NCBI GenBank assembly: GCA_049515895.1
Contig: JBEKTQ010000034.1
Location: 1-18,001, forward strand
Direction of reading: 5' to 3'
From: Candidatus Bathyarchaeia archaeon
GTDB taxonomy: Archaea; Thermoproteota; Bathyarchaeia; Bathyarchaeales; Bathycorpusculaceae
Length of the DNA stretch: 18,001 bases
Shown here: in pieces, positions 1-8,580 of the stretch
How positions within the stretch are numbered: position 1 is the stretch's first letter
Layout: every line of letters begins with the position of its first letter
Made by a program: the position numbers and the translations under genes
The notes under the pieces: model-generated
What the model was told of the DNA's origin: nothing
Database searches by the model: none
What the model saw: the letters and a program-made list of their open reading frames with translations, nothing else

Positions 1-231
1 ACTCATGGACCAAACATCGAGAAACGGCTTTATCGGTTGAGGTCTTCGATTGAAAGGGTGAATTCAAGGCTCAAAGAACAGCTGTGCTTGGAGAATCATA
101 GGGTGAGGAGTCTTGGGCGGATTGCTATTCATTCGTTGTTTTGCTTAATTGCTATGCTTTTGAACGCGGTTGCTGCTGTTAGGCTGAACGTTGTCGATAA
201 GGCTCGATGCATAACATTACTCGCAAAATGA
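1..231 (+). CDS. DDE transposase, C-terminal part (IS4/IS5/IS1182-like), truncated by the window edge
   Basis: Frame is open from base 1 (THGPNIEKRLYRLRSSIERVNSRLK). Y-x2-R-x3-E-R-x-N-S-R-L-K followed by RVRSL..IAIH matches the DDE transposase C-terminal signature. Confidence 0.75.
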   Translation, partial: THGPNIEKRLYRLRSSIERVNSRLKEQLCLENHRVRSLGRIAIHSLFCLIAMLLNAVAAVRLNVVDKARCITLLAK

Positions 232-286
232 ACAAGAATTAACACATTAAAGCTAAATTAGCAACGCACTGGCGCGCTATTTGAGT

Positions 287-595
287 TCAATCGAAAAGAA
301 TCTGTAGCGCGCAGTTTCGCAGTTCGGTTAGGTGTGTTTGTATGGTTTTGACAACTTCTTTTCTCAGGTCTTCATTTGATTGCTCTTCTTTTATTCTGTC
401 TATTGCTTCGGCTAGTTCCTCGTCTTTGATGACGTCTCTTATCCAGTTTTGGAAGTCTTTGCGTGGAAAATGAAATCCAATTGAATCAGCATCTATAACT
501 TGAAGCTTCTCGACGAACGAATCCATGCTTGTAGCAGTTTCTCCCGTGTAACGACCCATAGCCGTGAAAAAATGGAATCCCCTTTCATAAGGCAC
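287..595 (-). CDS. DUF5752-family protein; 5' end possibly disrupted
   Basis: Motifs GFHFFTAMGRYTG, SIGFHFPRKDFQNWIRDVIKDEELA. An in-frame ATG at 667 is followed by TAA at codon 4. Confidence 0.7.
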   Translation of the reverse strand: MPYERGFHFFTAMGRYTGETATSMDSFVEKLQVIDADSIGFHFPRKDFQNWIRDVIKDEELAEAIDRIKEEQSNEDLRKEVVKTIQTHLTELRNCALQILFD

Positions 596-842
596 AATGC
601 TGAAGATGCCCCTGATTTTTGTAAAAGCAGGTTCTTCTTCCGCGCGCGCTAAAGCTTAATCTTGCATATTCTTCTCTTGTTTTACACTTGATTTAACACT
701 AAACATATTCCATAAGAACCTCTTGAACGACAGCGATAACTCAAGTCTAATCAACCTCTTAAAAGAAAAATGGTGAAATTTCATACGTATACATTTTATA
801 TAGCTCTTCTAAACGAATAAAGAATTGGAAACGGAGAATAGC

Positions 843-1475
843 ATGCCTAAAATCAAGCTAACAACTAAGCAGGTTCTTGAACGTACAAAAGAAATGATTT
901 CTTGGGCGGAGTTTGGCTATAAAACTCTTCATTCTAATTCTGTGAAGGATAAGAAAGCTGGTTTAGTTAATGTAATCGTGTTTGGTCGGGCTGTTACAAA
1001 TGTTCTGCAAAAATTAAAAACTACGGAGCCAAATTTTGAACTATGGTATAAAGCCTACGTTGATGAAATGGAAACTGACCCATTAATGAAGTATTTCTAT
1101 AATTTACGGTCTGCTATACTTAAAGCAGGACAACCACTCAACCTTTCAAGCTCTACCTTCATTAATCATTTCAGTTCGGCAGACTTTGCTCGTATTCCGC
1201 TACCGCCACCAAACGTAAAAATAAAGGGCTTTTTCATGGGTGATAATCTGGGTGGTAATGGTTACGAAATTGAATTATCAGATGGTTCAATTGAACACTA
1301 TTACATTGATATACCGTCTGATATAGGTAGAACAATATTAAGTTTTGAAAATCCGCCAAGTAGCCATTTAGGAAAGCCTCTCACTGATTACTCCATTGAT
1401 AATCTTTCGAGACTTTACTTAGATTATCTTCAAAGAATGCTCAAAGATGCCAATGCCCGATTCGATAAAAAATAG
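843..1475 (+). CDS. Hypothetical protein, possibly HEPN-like fold
   Basis: Long AT-rich ORF (ATG 843; track start TTG 825). Helical N-half with GRAVTNVLQK...WY...DPLMKYFYNLRSAILK resembles a HEPN R-x4-H site with K in place of H. Confidence 0.6.
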   Translation: MPKIKLTTKQVLERTKEMISWAEFGYKTLHSNSVKDKKAGLVNVIVFGRAVTNVLQKLKTTEPNFELWYKAYVDEMETDPLMKYFYNLRSAILKAGQPLNLSSSTFINHFSSADFARIPLPPPNVKIKGFFMGDNLGGNGYEIELSDGSIEHYYIDIPSDIGRTILSFENPPSSHLGKPLTDYSIDNLSRLYLDYLQRMLKDANARFDKK

Positions 1476-2020
1476 AAATAGCTAAATAAAAAAGGGTAGC
1501 AGACGGAAATTTACGTGAACCCCGAAACAGACGAAGACTTTAAAGTACCTCTAAACGGGTTTTAAGCGCGCGCGCGCTCAGATAAGGCAGTCTCACCCAC
1601 ATACTTCAACACGTAATATCGGGACAAGGCAGCGCGCTAGCAAACCACAAGCGGCATAACGCTTGGTTCTGAATCATTTTAATTTTAATGAAGTTACAAT
1701 TGAAGGTTCATACAGTAAAGATGCCGCAGTGAATCATATGAAACCTGCTACCACAAGTTTTAAACCAAGAAACAAACTATACGACCAGTGAAGTGAGAGA
1801 AGAAGCCGTTGGCAGAGCCTCAACTGCCCAGAGGCTATCAAACTCACACAAATCGCACGCAAACAACAAATCCCTCGCAAGCAAGTTGCATGCGACCATT
1901 AAACGCTATTTCTCTCCCAAAAAAGAGTGCGTCTTAATCAAGATTTAGCCGCCAAAAGCGGCTCAACTTCACTTCCAAAACTAACAGTAGATTAATGGAT
2001 AAGAAGGGAGGTCGTAAAAA

Positions 2021-2164
2021 ATGAAGAAAGTACAAATCCTGATATTCAAATTTCTAATTTCGTTATCAATTTTCGTATTTGCGATTATGCAAGCCGAAGC
2101 TTTTATGTGCTCCTGCACTGAAAGCATGTCGCTGAGGTCAGCGAAGGGTTTGATGGTGAGGTGA
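2021..2164 (+). CDS. Small 47-aa protein with signal-peptide-like N-terminus (not in ORF track)
   Basis: GGAGGT RBS before ATG 2021. Translation MKKVQILIFKFLISLSIFVFAIMQAEAFMCSCTESMSLRSAKGLMVR. The stop lies inside the GAGGTGA RBS of the next gene. Confidence 0.45.
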   Translation: MKKVQILIFKFLISLSIFVFAIMQAEAFMCSCTESMSLRSAKGLMVR

Positions 2165-2168
2165 AAGA

Positions 2169-4718
2169 ATGAAGATAGGAACAACAAAGACAGCGAGAGT
2201 TGGCTGCATCCTTCTCATCTTCTTCCTGCTCTGTGCTTTGACATTAATACCTCAGCCAATTCGAGCTGCGATAACGACAACGGTAACCGTTGGAAGCACC
2301 CCTATTGGTGTGGCTTTGACGCCTAATGGCGCTTATGCCTATGTAACAAATTTTATCAGCGACTCGGTCTCGGTGATAAACACGGCCACAAACAACGTAA
2401 CGGCAACGGTCAAGCTAACAGTTGGAAGCAACCCTTTTGGTGTTGCTGTAACGCCCAACGGCACATACACCTATGTTACAAATTATGGCAGCAACTCGGT
2501 CTCGGTGATAAGTACGGCCACAAACACTGTGACAGCCACAATAACCGTTGGAAGCTCGCCTTTCAGTGTGGCTGTAACGCCTAATGGCGCTTATGCCTAT
2601 GTAACAAATTACGGCAATGATTCGGTCTCGGTGATAAGTACGGCTACCAATACAGTGACAGCCACAATAACCGTTGGAAGCTCGCCTAAGGGTGTGGCTG
2701 TAACGCCTAATGGCGCTTATGCCTATGTAACAAATTACGGCAATGATTCGGTCTCGGTGATAAACACGGCCACAAACACTGTGACAGCCACAATAACCGT
2801 TGGAACCGGTTTTACCCATCCTTTTGGTGTGGCCTTGACTCCTAATGGCGCTTATGCCTATGTAACAAATTATGTCAGCAATTCGATTTCGGTGATAAGT
2901 ACGGCTACCAATACAGTGACAGCCACAATGATCGGTTTAAAATCGCCTGAGGGTGTGGCTTTGACGCCTAATGGCGCTTATGCTTATGTTGCAAATTATG
3001 CCAGCAACACGGTCTCGGTAATGAACACGGCCACAAACAACGTGACAGCCACAATAACCGTTGGAAACAACCCTGTTGGTGTTGCTGTAACGCCCAACGG
3101 CACATATGTATATGTAACAAATTTTGGCAGCGACTCGGTCTCAGTGATAAACACAGCTATCAATACAGAGACAGGCACAATAACCGTTGGAAGCAACCCT
3201 GTTGGTGTTGCTGTGACGCCTAATGGCGCTTATGCCTATGTAACAAATTATGGCAGCAACTCGGTCTCGGTGATAAGCACGGCCACAAACAACGTGACAG
3301 CCACAATAACCGTTGGAACCGGACCTGAGAACGTGGCTGTGACACCTGACGGCGCTTATGCTTATGTTACAAATTATGGCAGCAACTCGGTCTCGGTAGT
3401 AAACACGGCCACAAACAACGTAACGGCAACGGTCAAGCTAACAGTTGGAAGCAACCCTTTTGGTGTTGCTGTAACGCCTAATGGCGCTTATGCCTATGTA
3501 ACAAATTATGGCAGCAACTCGGTCTCGGTGATAAGTACGGCCACAAACACTGTGACAGCCACAATAACCGTTGGAAGCAACCCCGTTGGTGTTGCTGTAA
3601 CGCCCAACGGCACATACACCTACGTTACAAATGTTAACGGCGGATCGGTTTCGGTAATAAACACGGCCACAAACACTGTGACAGCCACAATAACCGTTGC
3701 AAGCGGACCTGTTGGTGTTGCTGTAACGCCCAACGGCACATACACCTACGTTACAAATCTTGGCAGCAACTCGGTCTCGGTGATAAGTACGGCCACAAAC
3801 ACTGTGACAGCCACAATAACCGTTGGAACCGGACCTGAGAACGTGGCTGTGACACCTGACGGCGCTTATGCTTATGTTACAAATAATGTGGACAACTCGG
3901 TCTCGGTGATAAGTACGGCCACAAACACTGTGACAGCCACAATAACCGTTGGAAACAACCCCGTTGGTGTTGCTGCGCCCAACGGCGCATACACCTACGT
4001 CACAAATCATGGCGGCAATTCAGTTTCAGTGATAAGCATACCGCCGACTGTTAGCATCGCTCCTATTGGTCCGCTTACTTTGAATGTTGGACAGGTACAG
4101 GTTTTTATGGCTGCGGCTAGTGGCGGTACGGGAAAACTGAATTATCAGTGGTACCTGGACGGCTTTGCGGTTTCAGGCGCTACCAGTACAAGCTATTCTT
4201 ATACTGCCGCGGCGGGATCACATTTGGTTACTTGCACGGTGACTGATAGCGCTTCTACTCCAGTTTCTTCTGCATCTAACGCGGTTTCTGCGAACGTGAA
4301 CCCTACTCCAAGCCCTACTCCAAGTCCTACTCCAAGCCCTACTCCAACACCAACTCAAGCTCCTACTCCAACACCAACTCAAGCTCCTACTCCAACACCA
4401 ACTCAAGCTCCTACTCCAACACCAACTCAAGCTCCAACTCCAACACCAACTCAAGCTCCAACTCCCACCGCAACGCCAACATCCGCTCCAATTCCGGTTG
4501 TTACTCCTGCACCGACTATTGCACCAACGGCTACACCAACACCAACTCCCACACCAGTACCATCTGCAACAAATGTGCCAACGATAACAACTACAGGGGC
4601 GCCAAGTATACCTCAAGGGGCAATCTATGGAATAGTGGCTGTCGTAGCCATCGTTGCAATCGTTGCAGTTGTGTTAACGCTAAACATCGTAGGAAAGTCA
4701 AAAGCTAAGAAAGGTTAA
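2169..4718 (+). CDS. YVTN/YncE-family beta-propeller cell-surface protein (14 repeats, Ig/PKD-like domain, Pro/Thr stalk, C-terminal TM anchor)
   Basis: Signal peptide, 14 repeats of P.GVAVTPNG.YAYVTN.....VSVI.TATNTV, an Ig-like segment (LNYQWYLDG...VTCTVTDS), PT repeats, then a hydrophobic helix and basic tail. GAGGTGA RBS. Confidence 0.95.
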   Translation: MKIGTTKTARVGCILLIFFLLCALTLIPQPIRAAITTTVTVGSTPIGVALTPNGAYAYVTNFISDSVSVINTATNNVTATVKLTVGSNPFGVAVTPNGTYTYVTNYGSNSVSVISTATNTVTATITVGSSPFSVAVTPNGAYAYVTNYGNDSVSVISTATNTVTATITVGSSPKGVAVTPNGAYAYVTNYGNDSVSVINTATNTVTATITVGTGFTHPFGVALTPNGAYAYVTNYVSNSISVISTATNTVTATMIGLKSPEGVALTPNGAYAYVANYASNTVSVMNTATNNVTATITVGNNPVGVAVTPNGTYVYVTNFGSDSVSVINTAINTETGTITVGSNPVGVAVTPNGAYAYVTNYGSNSVSVISTATNNVTATITVGTGPENVAVTPDGAYAYVTNYGSNSVSVVNTATNNVTATVKLTVGSNPFGVAVTPNGAYAYVTNYGSNSVSVISTATNTVTATITVGSNPVGVAVTPNGTYTYVTNVNGGSVSVINTATNTVTATITVASGPVGVAVTPNGTYTYVTNLGSNSVSVISTATNTVTATITVGTGPENVAVTPDGAYAYVTNNVDNSVSVISTATNTVTATITVGNNPVGVAAPNGAYTYVTNHGGNSVSVISIPPTVSIAPIGPLTLNVGQVQVFMAAASGGTGKLNYQWYLDGFAVSGATSTSYSYTAAAGSHLVTCTVTDSASTPVSSASNAVSANVNPTPSPTPSPTPSPTPTPTQAPTPTPTQAPTPTPTQAPTPTPTQAPTPTPTQAPTPTATPTSAPIPVVTPAPTIAPTATPTPTPTPVPSATNVPTITTTGAPSIPQGAIYGIVAVVAIVAIVAVVLTLNIVGKSKAKKG
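2280..4040 (+). repeat. About 14 intragenic ~126-bp repeats encoding propeller blades
   Basis: Near-identical DNA units such as acggccacaaacactgtgacagccacaataaccgttggaa and cctaatggcgcttatgcctatgtaacaaat recur throughout. Confidence 0.9.
4302..4457 (+). repeat. Tandem repeats: 3x12 bp (PTPS) then 5x24 bp (PTPTPTQA)
   Basis: cctactccaag(c/t) x3 at 4302-4337 and cc(t/a)actccaacaccaactcaagct x5 at 4338-4457. Confidence 0.95.
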
Positions 4719-4765
4719 CAACGTTGAAATCATGATAATCCTCAACAAAGGCGAAGCGAAAAAAG

Positions 4766-5803
4766 TTATAGATTTACAAGTCTGGGTATCCAGTCTTTCT
4801 TTTCGTTTCTCAAATACTTCGCAAACAACAGAGCTTCTTCACTAATCAAAGTGTCAACAGTCTGACTATTCCCGTGCTTAATTCTTGCAACATCAACCCT
4901 GCGGTCAAAAAGACTATTCAAGCCTTCAGCAAGGTTATCAGCTTCAAACTCGCATAAATGAATTTTCTTTCCCATTTTGAGGTGCATCATGAAATCGGTT
5001 ACGAGAACAAAGTCTTTTTTGCGCAAGGAGTGACAGCGTTCAATCAAGTAGTCATCAATCAAATAGCGATAAAGTTCTTGAAAGTCACATACTAAACTGG
5101 GTTTTCCAAATTGGACACTGTGAAGAAAACCCAAGTATGGTTCAAGCTTAGCCTTCAGCAATGCTTTGTGTACTCTGCATTTTAACACGTAATAGCCAAA
5201 ATTGAAGACATTATTCAATCCATCATAAGCCTTGAATGTTCGCCTATTCTCAGGTCTGATACTTTCAGGAAATAGCTTGAAAATTTCTTTGAAATAGAGC
5301 CTTGCACATTTGCCTTCTATTTGAGTAAGTCTTCTTCGATATACTTTCAAGTCTTCTGAAGCAACACTTTCTATTTCCCTGATAATACATGCAGTTTCAA
5401 GTGGTTTGAGAGCATATTTCTTTAGAACTTTGTTTTGTCCTTCAAGCTTAGACAAAAGAAACTGCTTAGCTATTGCAATCCCTTTTTTGTTGCTGAGAGC
5501 TTCGTATTGGCTGAGCCTTGTTTGAACGTGGGAATCATCTTCCAGATTCCTTAAAACAGCTACCACTCGGTTTCTTTTGGTCATTATGTATGTGTCTATA
5601 TTCCAGAGTGCAAGGTCAATCAAAGCATCAACGCTGACGTAGGAACCGCTTTTTAGTACAGCTTCGCCGATTTCTTTTTGGAAGTGTGGGTATCGTTCAA
5701 TTTTTCCAGTTTTGTCTCTGATTTCAAAGCATCCTTCAGCTCTGCCCAAATAAGAACCATAATTGGATAACTCAACTTTCAAAACCTTAGAACCTTGAAC
5801 CAT
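4766..5803 (-). CDS. cas1: Stand-alone Cas1 endonuclease/integrase (Cas1-solo, casposase-like), 345 aa
   Basis: Cas1 motifs IEGKCARLYF (catalytic E), NNVFNFGY, EPYLGFLH (H), PSLVCDFQELYR (D/E). True start is likely ATG 5803, just after the upstream gene's stop; the track's extension to 5950 overlaps that gene. Confidence 0.95.
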   Translation of the reverse strand: MVQGSKVLKVELSNYGSYLGRAEGCFEIRDKTGKIERYPHFQKEIGEAVLKSGSYVSVDALIDLALWNIDTYIMTKRNRVVAVLRNLEDDSHVQTRLSQYEALSNKKGIAIAKQFLLSKLEGQNKVLKKYALKPLETACIIREIESVASEDLKVYRRRLTQIEGKCARLYFKEIFKLFPESIRPENRRTFKAYDGLNNVFNFGYYVLKCRVHKALLKAKLEPYLGFLHSVQFGKPSLVCDFQELYRYLIDDYLIERCHSLRKKDFVLVTDFMMHLKMGKKIHLCEFEADNLAEGLNSLFDRRVDVARIKHGNSQTVDTLISEEALLFAKYLRNEKKDWIPRLVNL

Positions 5804-5807
5804 GATT

Positions 5808-6497
5808 TCACACATCCTCAATTGTCTCTGATTCAGCGGTGTTCCTGTCAAGAAATTCTCTAATTGCTTCTTGTCGTTCTTCTTCAGTAGCCCAAATTCC
5901 TGCTTTTTCAAATTCAAAAAGGTATTTCTCTCTTGCTTTAAAAACCGCATTGCCTATTGCTTTCACATAAACCTCGTAAAACCATTCTGGATCAAAGAAT
6001 TTTAGATTCACTTTTGACTTGATTTCTAAGAGGGAATTAACAAATACTTCACCGAAATAAGACTCTATCAATGAGCAAAGTTTTGGTGACAAACGCTTTT
6101 TATCTACTAGAAGATCATCGAGGAAGATAGCTGATGCATAAGCATCACTTTGCTGATCAGATTTGAGTGATGAACGCTCTTGGTAGTGTTTTCTAAAGAT
6201 TTCCTTATTCACTTCTTTTAGTTCTTTTTCTTGAAGGTCTCCGTCGATTAAGAGTGTCGCTAGTCCTTTGGAGGTTAATTCTATTTTCATTGCTTTTCTT
6301 TTTTCAGGTTCTCCGACCTTTAATAGCTCAATATCTCGTAGTCTGTAGATGTTACGGCGAATTGTTGAAAATGTTGAACCCTTGATACTCTTAGCTAATT
6401 TATACATGCTCGTTTGCGGTGAGACTAGCAGGACTTTTAGAATTTCCATCTTTGAGTTTGTGTCTGATTTATTCGTTTTTCTGGGTTTTTTAGACAT
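5808..6497 (-). CDS. Winged helix-turn-helix transcriptional regulator with helical C-terminal domain
   Basis: ILKVLL...SMYKLAKSIKGSTFSTIRRNIYRLRDIELL...IELTSKGL is a wHTH pattern with the wing LTxKG. Stop is 4 nt before the cas1 ATG. Confidence 0.8.
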   Translation of the reverse strand: MSKKPRKTNKSDTNSKMEILKVLLVSPQTSMYKLAKSIKGSTFSTIRRNIYRLRDIELLKVGEPEKRKAMKIELTSKGLATLLIDGDLQEKELKEVNKEIFRKHYQERSSLKSDQQSDAYASAIFLDDLLVDKKRLSPKLCSLIESYFGEVFVNSLLEIKSKVNLKFFDPEWFYEVYVKAIGNAVFKAREKYLFEFEKAGIWATEEERQEAIREFLDRNTAESETIEDV

Positions 6498-6541
6498 GTC
6501 TTATTCGTCCATTAGACATATTCGTAAAGCGAATATATTAA
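6492..6541. promoter_or_regulatory. Divergent promoter/operator between wHTH-cas1 and the four-gene operon
   Basis: Palindrome AGACATGTCT (6492-6501) over the wHTH start codon; inverted repeat ATATTCG-N5-CGAATAT (6518-6536) overlapping a TATA-like stretch; repeated TTAGACAT and TATTCGT. Confidence 0.5.
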
Positions 6542-6570
6542 GTTTCACATGATGAAGAAACGGTGAAAAA

Positions 6571-6759
6571 ATGGAAAAAATAACTGAAGTAAAAGCTGTC
6601 TCTTGTAGCCGATGCGGCAACACTTGGCTGCCAAGAGTTAAAAACCCAGTGAAGTGCCCAAAATGTGGGCATCGATTTGACTCAAAAATAAACATCCAAC
6701 CAAGAAGAAAACCCAAAACACGTAACTCATTGCAAGGAGGGAAGCCAAATAATGAGTGA
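6571..6759 (+). CDS. Small C4 zinc-ribbon protein
   Basis: CSRCGNTWLPR...PVKCPKC with basic tail; GGTGA RBS. This pattern is typical of archaeal virus/plasmid Zn fingers. Confidence 0.8.
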   Translation: MEKITEVKAVSCSRCGNTWLPRVKNPVKCPKCGHRFDSKINIQPRRKPKTRNSLQGGKPNNE

Positions 6760-7033
6760 AAACAAAGAAAACAAATTTGCAAAAGCTTGCCCAGAATCAG
6801 CCAAAATACTCGAACAGAAGAAGCAATGCATGAACGGGTTTAGGGAAGACCTGAGAGATGGAGCTTTCCAAAAAGGCATAATGTGGCGCAAAAACAAACT
6901 CCAAGCGATACATGATGCAAGACTAGCAGGAGTCATTGACGCGGAAATCCTCAAGGAACTTAGAATCGGCGGAATAACGGCGCAAAAAGCACGCGAATTG
7001 ATGCGCGATTCTGAGGAGCTTCTAGGGAGGTAA
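6752..7033 (+). CDS. Hypothetical 93-aa helical protein
   Basis: GGAGG RBS; overlaps the previous gene by 8 nt, in operon context. Confidence 0.7.
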   Translation: MSENKENKFAKACPESAKILEQKKQCMNGFREDLRDGAFQKGIMWRKNKLQAIHDARLAGVIDAEILKELRIGGITAQKARELMRDSEELLGR

Positions 7034-7040
7034 CGAAACA

Positions 7041-7532
7041 ATGCGCCTTAACTTTAGAGTAAAAATAGTCAACATAACATTCTTTGCAATGGTCGCAAAA
7101 ACCCAACGGCTTGAAGGCGTTTCTTCACTTCAAAAGGATGGCAAGCATATTGTAATGTTTGATTTAGAAAATTGTTCTCTTGTACAAGCCGAAAAAACGC
7201 TAAGAAGAATTCAAAGGAAATATCATTTATCTGATATTTTCATCGTTTCGGACGTTGAAAAATCATATCGTGCATGGTGTTACAGCAAAGTTGGCTTCGT
7301 GACTTTTTTGAAAATACTTCTTGATGTAAAATTCTTGGATTGGAATTTCTTTTACTGGACAGTCAAGAGAGGCAAGGCAACACTGAGAACTAGCACAAAG
7401 AAAGGACGTCAACCCCAGAGAATTGTCAGCGTTTTGACGTCGTATTCTGTACCGATTTCGAATTCCTGTGAGAAAGTTGTCTATGACACTGGATTGACGA
7501 AAAGAGGCTTTACCGTTCTGTTGGGGGATTGA
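7041..7532 (+). CDS. Putative divergent archaeo-eukaryotic primase (AEP)-fold protein
   Basis: GGAGGT RBS. HIVMFDLE resembles motif I (hhhDhD/E), IFIVSDVEKSYRAW resembles motif II with His replaced by Arg, and D...RGKATLRTSTK resembles the D..LR..K motif III region. Confidence 0.5.
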   Translation: MRLNFRVKIVNITFFAMVAKTQRLEGVSSLQKDGKHIVMFDLENCSLVQAEKTLRRIQRKYHLSDIFIVSDVEKSYRAWCYSKVGFVTFLKILLDVKFLDWNFFYWTVKRGKATLRTSTKKGRQPQRIVSVLTSYSVPISNSCEKVVYDTGLTKRGFTVLLGD

Positions 7533-7534
7533 AA

Positions 7535-7879
7535 ATGGATAGGTTTCCTGAAGCTTTTGAACGGTTTGAGAGGGTTGTTGACGTAGACAGGTTCAGGTCT
7601 TATTTCGAGTTGGCTCTGGCTTTTCAATCTTGGGCGGGTCGAAACTGGACAGGCACAGCAAAGCAATGGAAAGCATTAGACAGGGAATCAGAAAACTTGG
7701 GTTTATCACCACCCACAATTTTCGGCAGTTCAACAAGAACGAGAGGATATTCAACCTATCACATTCCCACAAGAAAAACGAAAGCTGTTACGTTTAGACA
7801 TGAGGTTGTTAACGTAAAAGGCAAGTCTCAAAACAGGTACAGAGACCTCAAGACAGGACGCTTCATAAAGAAGCCTTAG
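7535..7879 (+). CDS. Hypothetical protein with basic C-terminal RDxxxGRF motif
   Basis: GGGGGA RBS before ATG 7535 (track start TTG 7529). C-terminus RYRDLKTGRFIKKP. Confidence 0.7.
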   Translation: MDRFPEAFERFERVVDVDRFRSYFELALAFQSWAGRNWTGTAKQWKALDRESENLGLSPPTIFGSSTRTRGYSTYHIPTRKTKAVTFRHEVVNVKGKSQNRYRDLKTGRFIKKP

Positions 7880-8464
7880 TCAAGTATCAGAAAATGGGTT
7901 AGATTCTGACCATACATCATCGAAAAATTTCATTGCATCAGTTATTGCCTGAGGGTAGTTTGAAGTAATCCCTGCATCAAAACGACTACCTCCAAAGCAA
8001 TCGGTTTGAATATCACCAGAACCAACAATTAAAAACCTTGTTTTCGGTATACAGAACAATCTCGCGTGCAACATTGGATGCAATCTTACTTCAGCGCCTG
8101 CCTTACTTAGTCTTTCGAGGGCATCTTTGTTTTTCTTTCTAGAAACAGTATCACTCGGGCTAATAATCTTGATTTTTTTGGCTATTGGAATAAGTTTGTC
8201 AAGTATTACTTGATCAAAGTGACCCATAATATATATGGTTATGTCGCCTTGAAATAGCATACCCATCATGCCCATACCACGACGTGGGTCAAACAAGTTT
8301 TCTATTAATTGGCTGTATGTTCTAGTTTGTGGTGAACTTACAACAAATCTTGGAGCCAAACTCTCTTTGTTTTCTTGAATTTGTCTATTTCTTTGCATTT
8401 CTTCTTCAATTGAGGTTATTCTTCTCTTAATTTCTTCGAGAGTGGTTTTCAGGTCTTCAGCCAT
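7880..8464 (-). CDS. Phospholipase D-superfamily (single HKD-type) domain protein with N-terminal coiled coil
   Basis: GAEVRLHPMLHARLFCI...LIVGSGDI...FDAGI...FFDDVWSES matches the PLD-nuclease layout with HxK as HAR and GSxN as GSGD. Confidence 0.7.
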   Translation of the reverse strand: MAEDLKTTLEEIKRRITSIEEEMQRNRQIQENKESLAPRFVVSSPQTRTYSQLIENLFDPRRGMGMMGMLFQGDITIYIMGHFDQVILDKLIPIAKKIKIISPSDTVSRKKNKDALERLSKAGAEVRLHPMLHARLFCIPKTRFLIVGSGDIQTDCFGGSRFDAGITSNYPQAITDAMKFFDDVWSESNPFSDT

Positions 8465-8580
8465 CCTTTTTCACAAAATCTAATCAGCTCTCTAAGTAGA
8501 AAAGAATTGTGCTTTGAAACCTTGCCAAAATATAGTTTATGAAATTAAGATGCAATAGTTGTTTACCTGATTAATGGTTG

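Noticed and set aside
1540-1640. (GC)n tract region as the left TIR matching 8581-8728
   Set aside because: Only vague compositional similarity; no alignable inverted repeat.
2280-4457. Repeats next to cas1 as a CRISPR array
   Set aside because: They are in-frame coding repeats (~126, 24 and 12 bp) without unique spacers.
2415-4616. Minus-strand Cys/Trp-rich ORFs
   Set aside because: Antisense shadows of the repetitive propeller gene.
4725-5810. 10-bp inverted repeat TGAAATCATG (4725-4734) / CATGATTTCA (5801-5810) bracketing cas1
   Set aside because: Short and AT-rich, with no TSD. The right copy is simply the stop/start junction of two coupled genes; probably chance.
5804-5950. N-terminal extension of Cas1 in the ORF track
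   Set aside because: Overlaps the wHTH gene; ATG 5803 gives a normal Cas1 length.
6349-7666. Opposite-strand ORFs 6349-6552, 6501-6782, 6727-7041, 7481-7666
   Set aside because: Antisense to better-supported genes.
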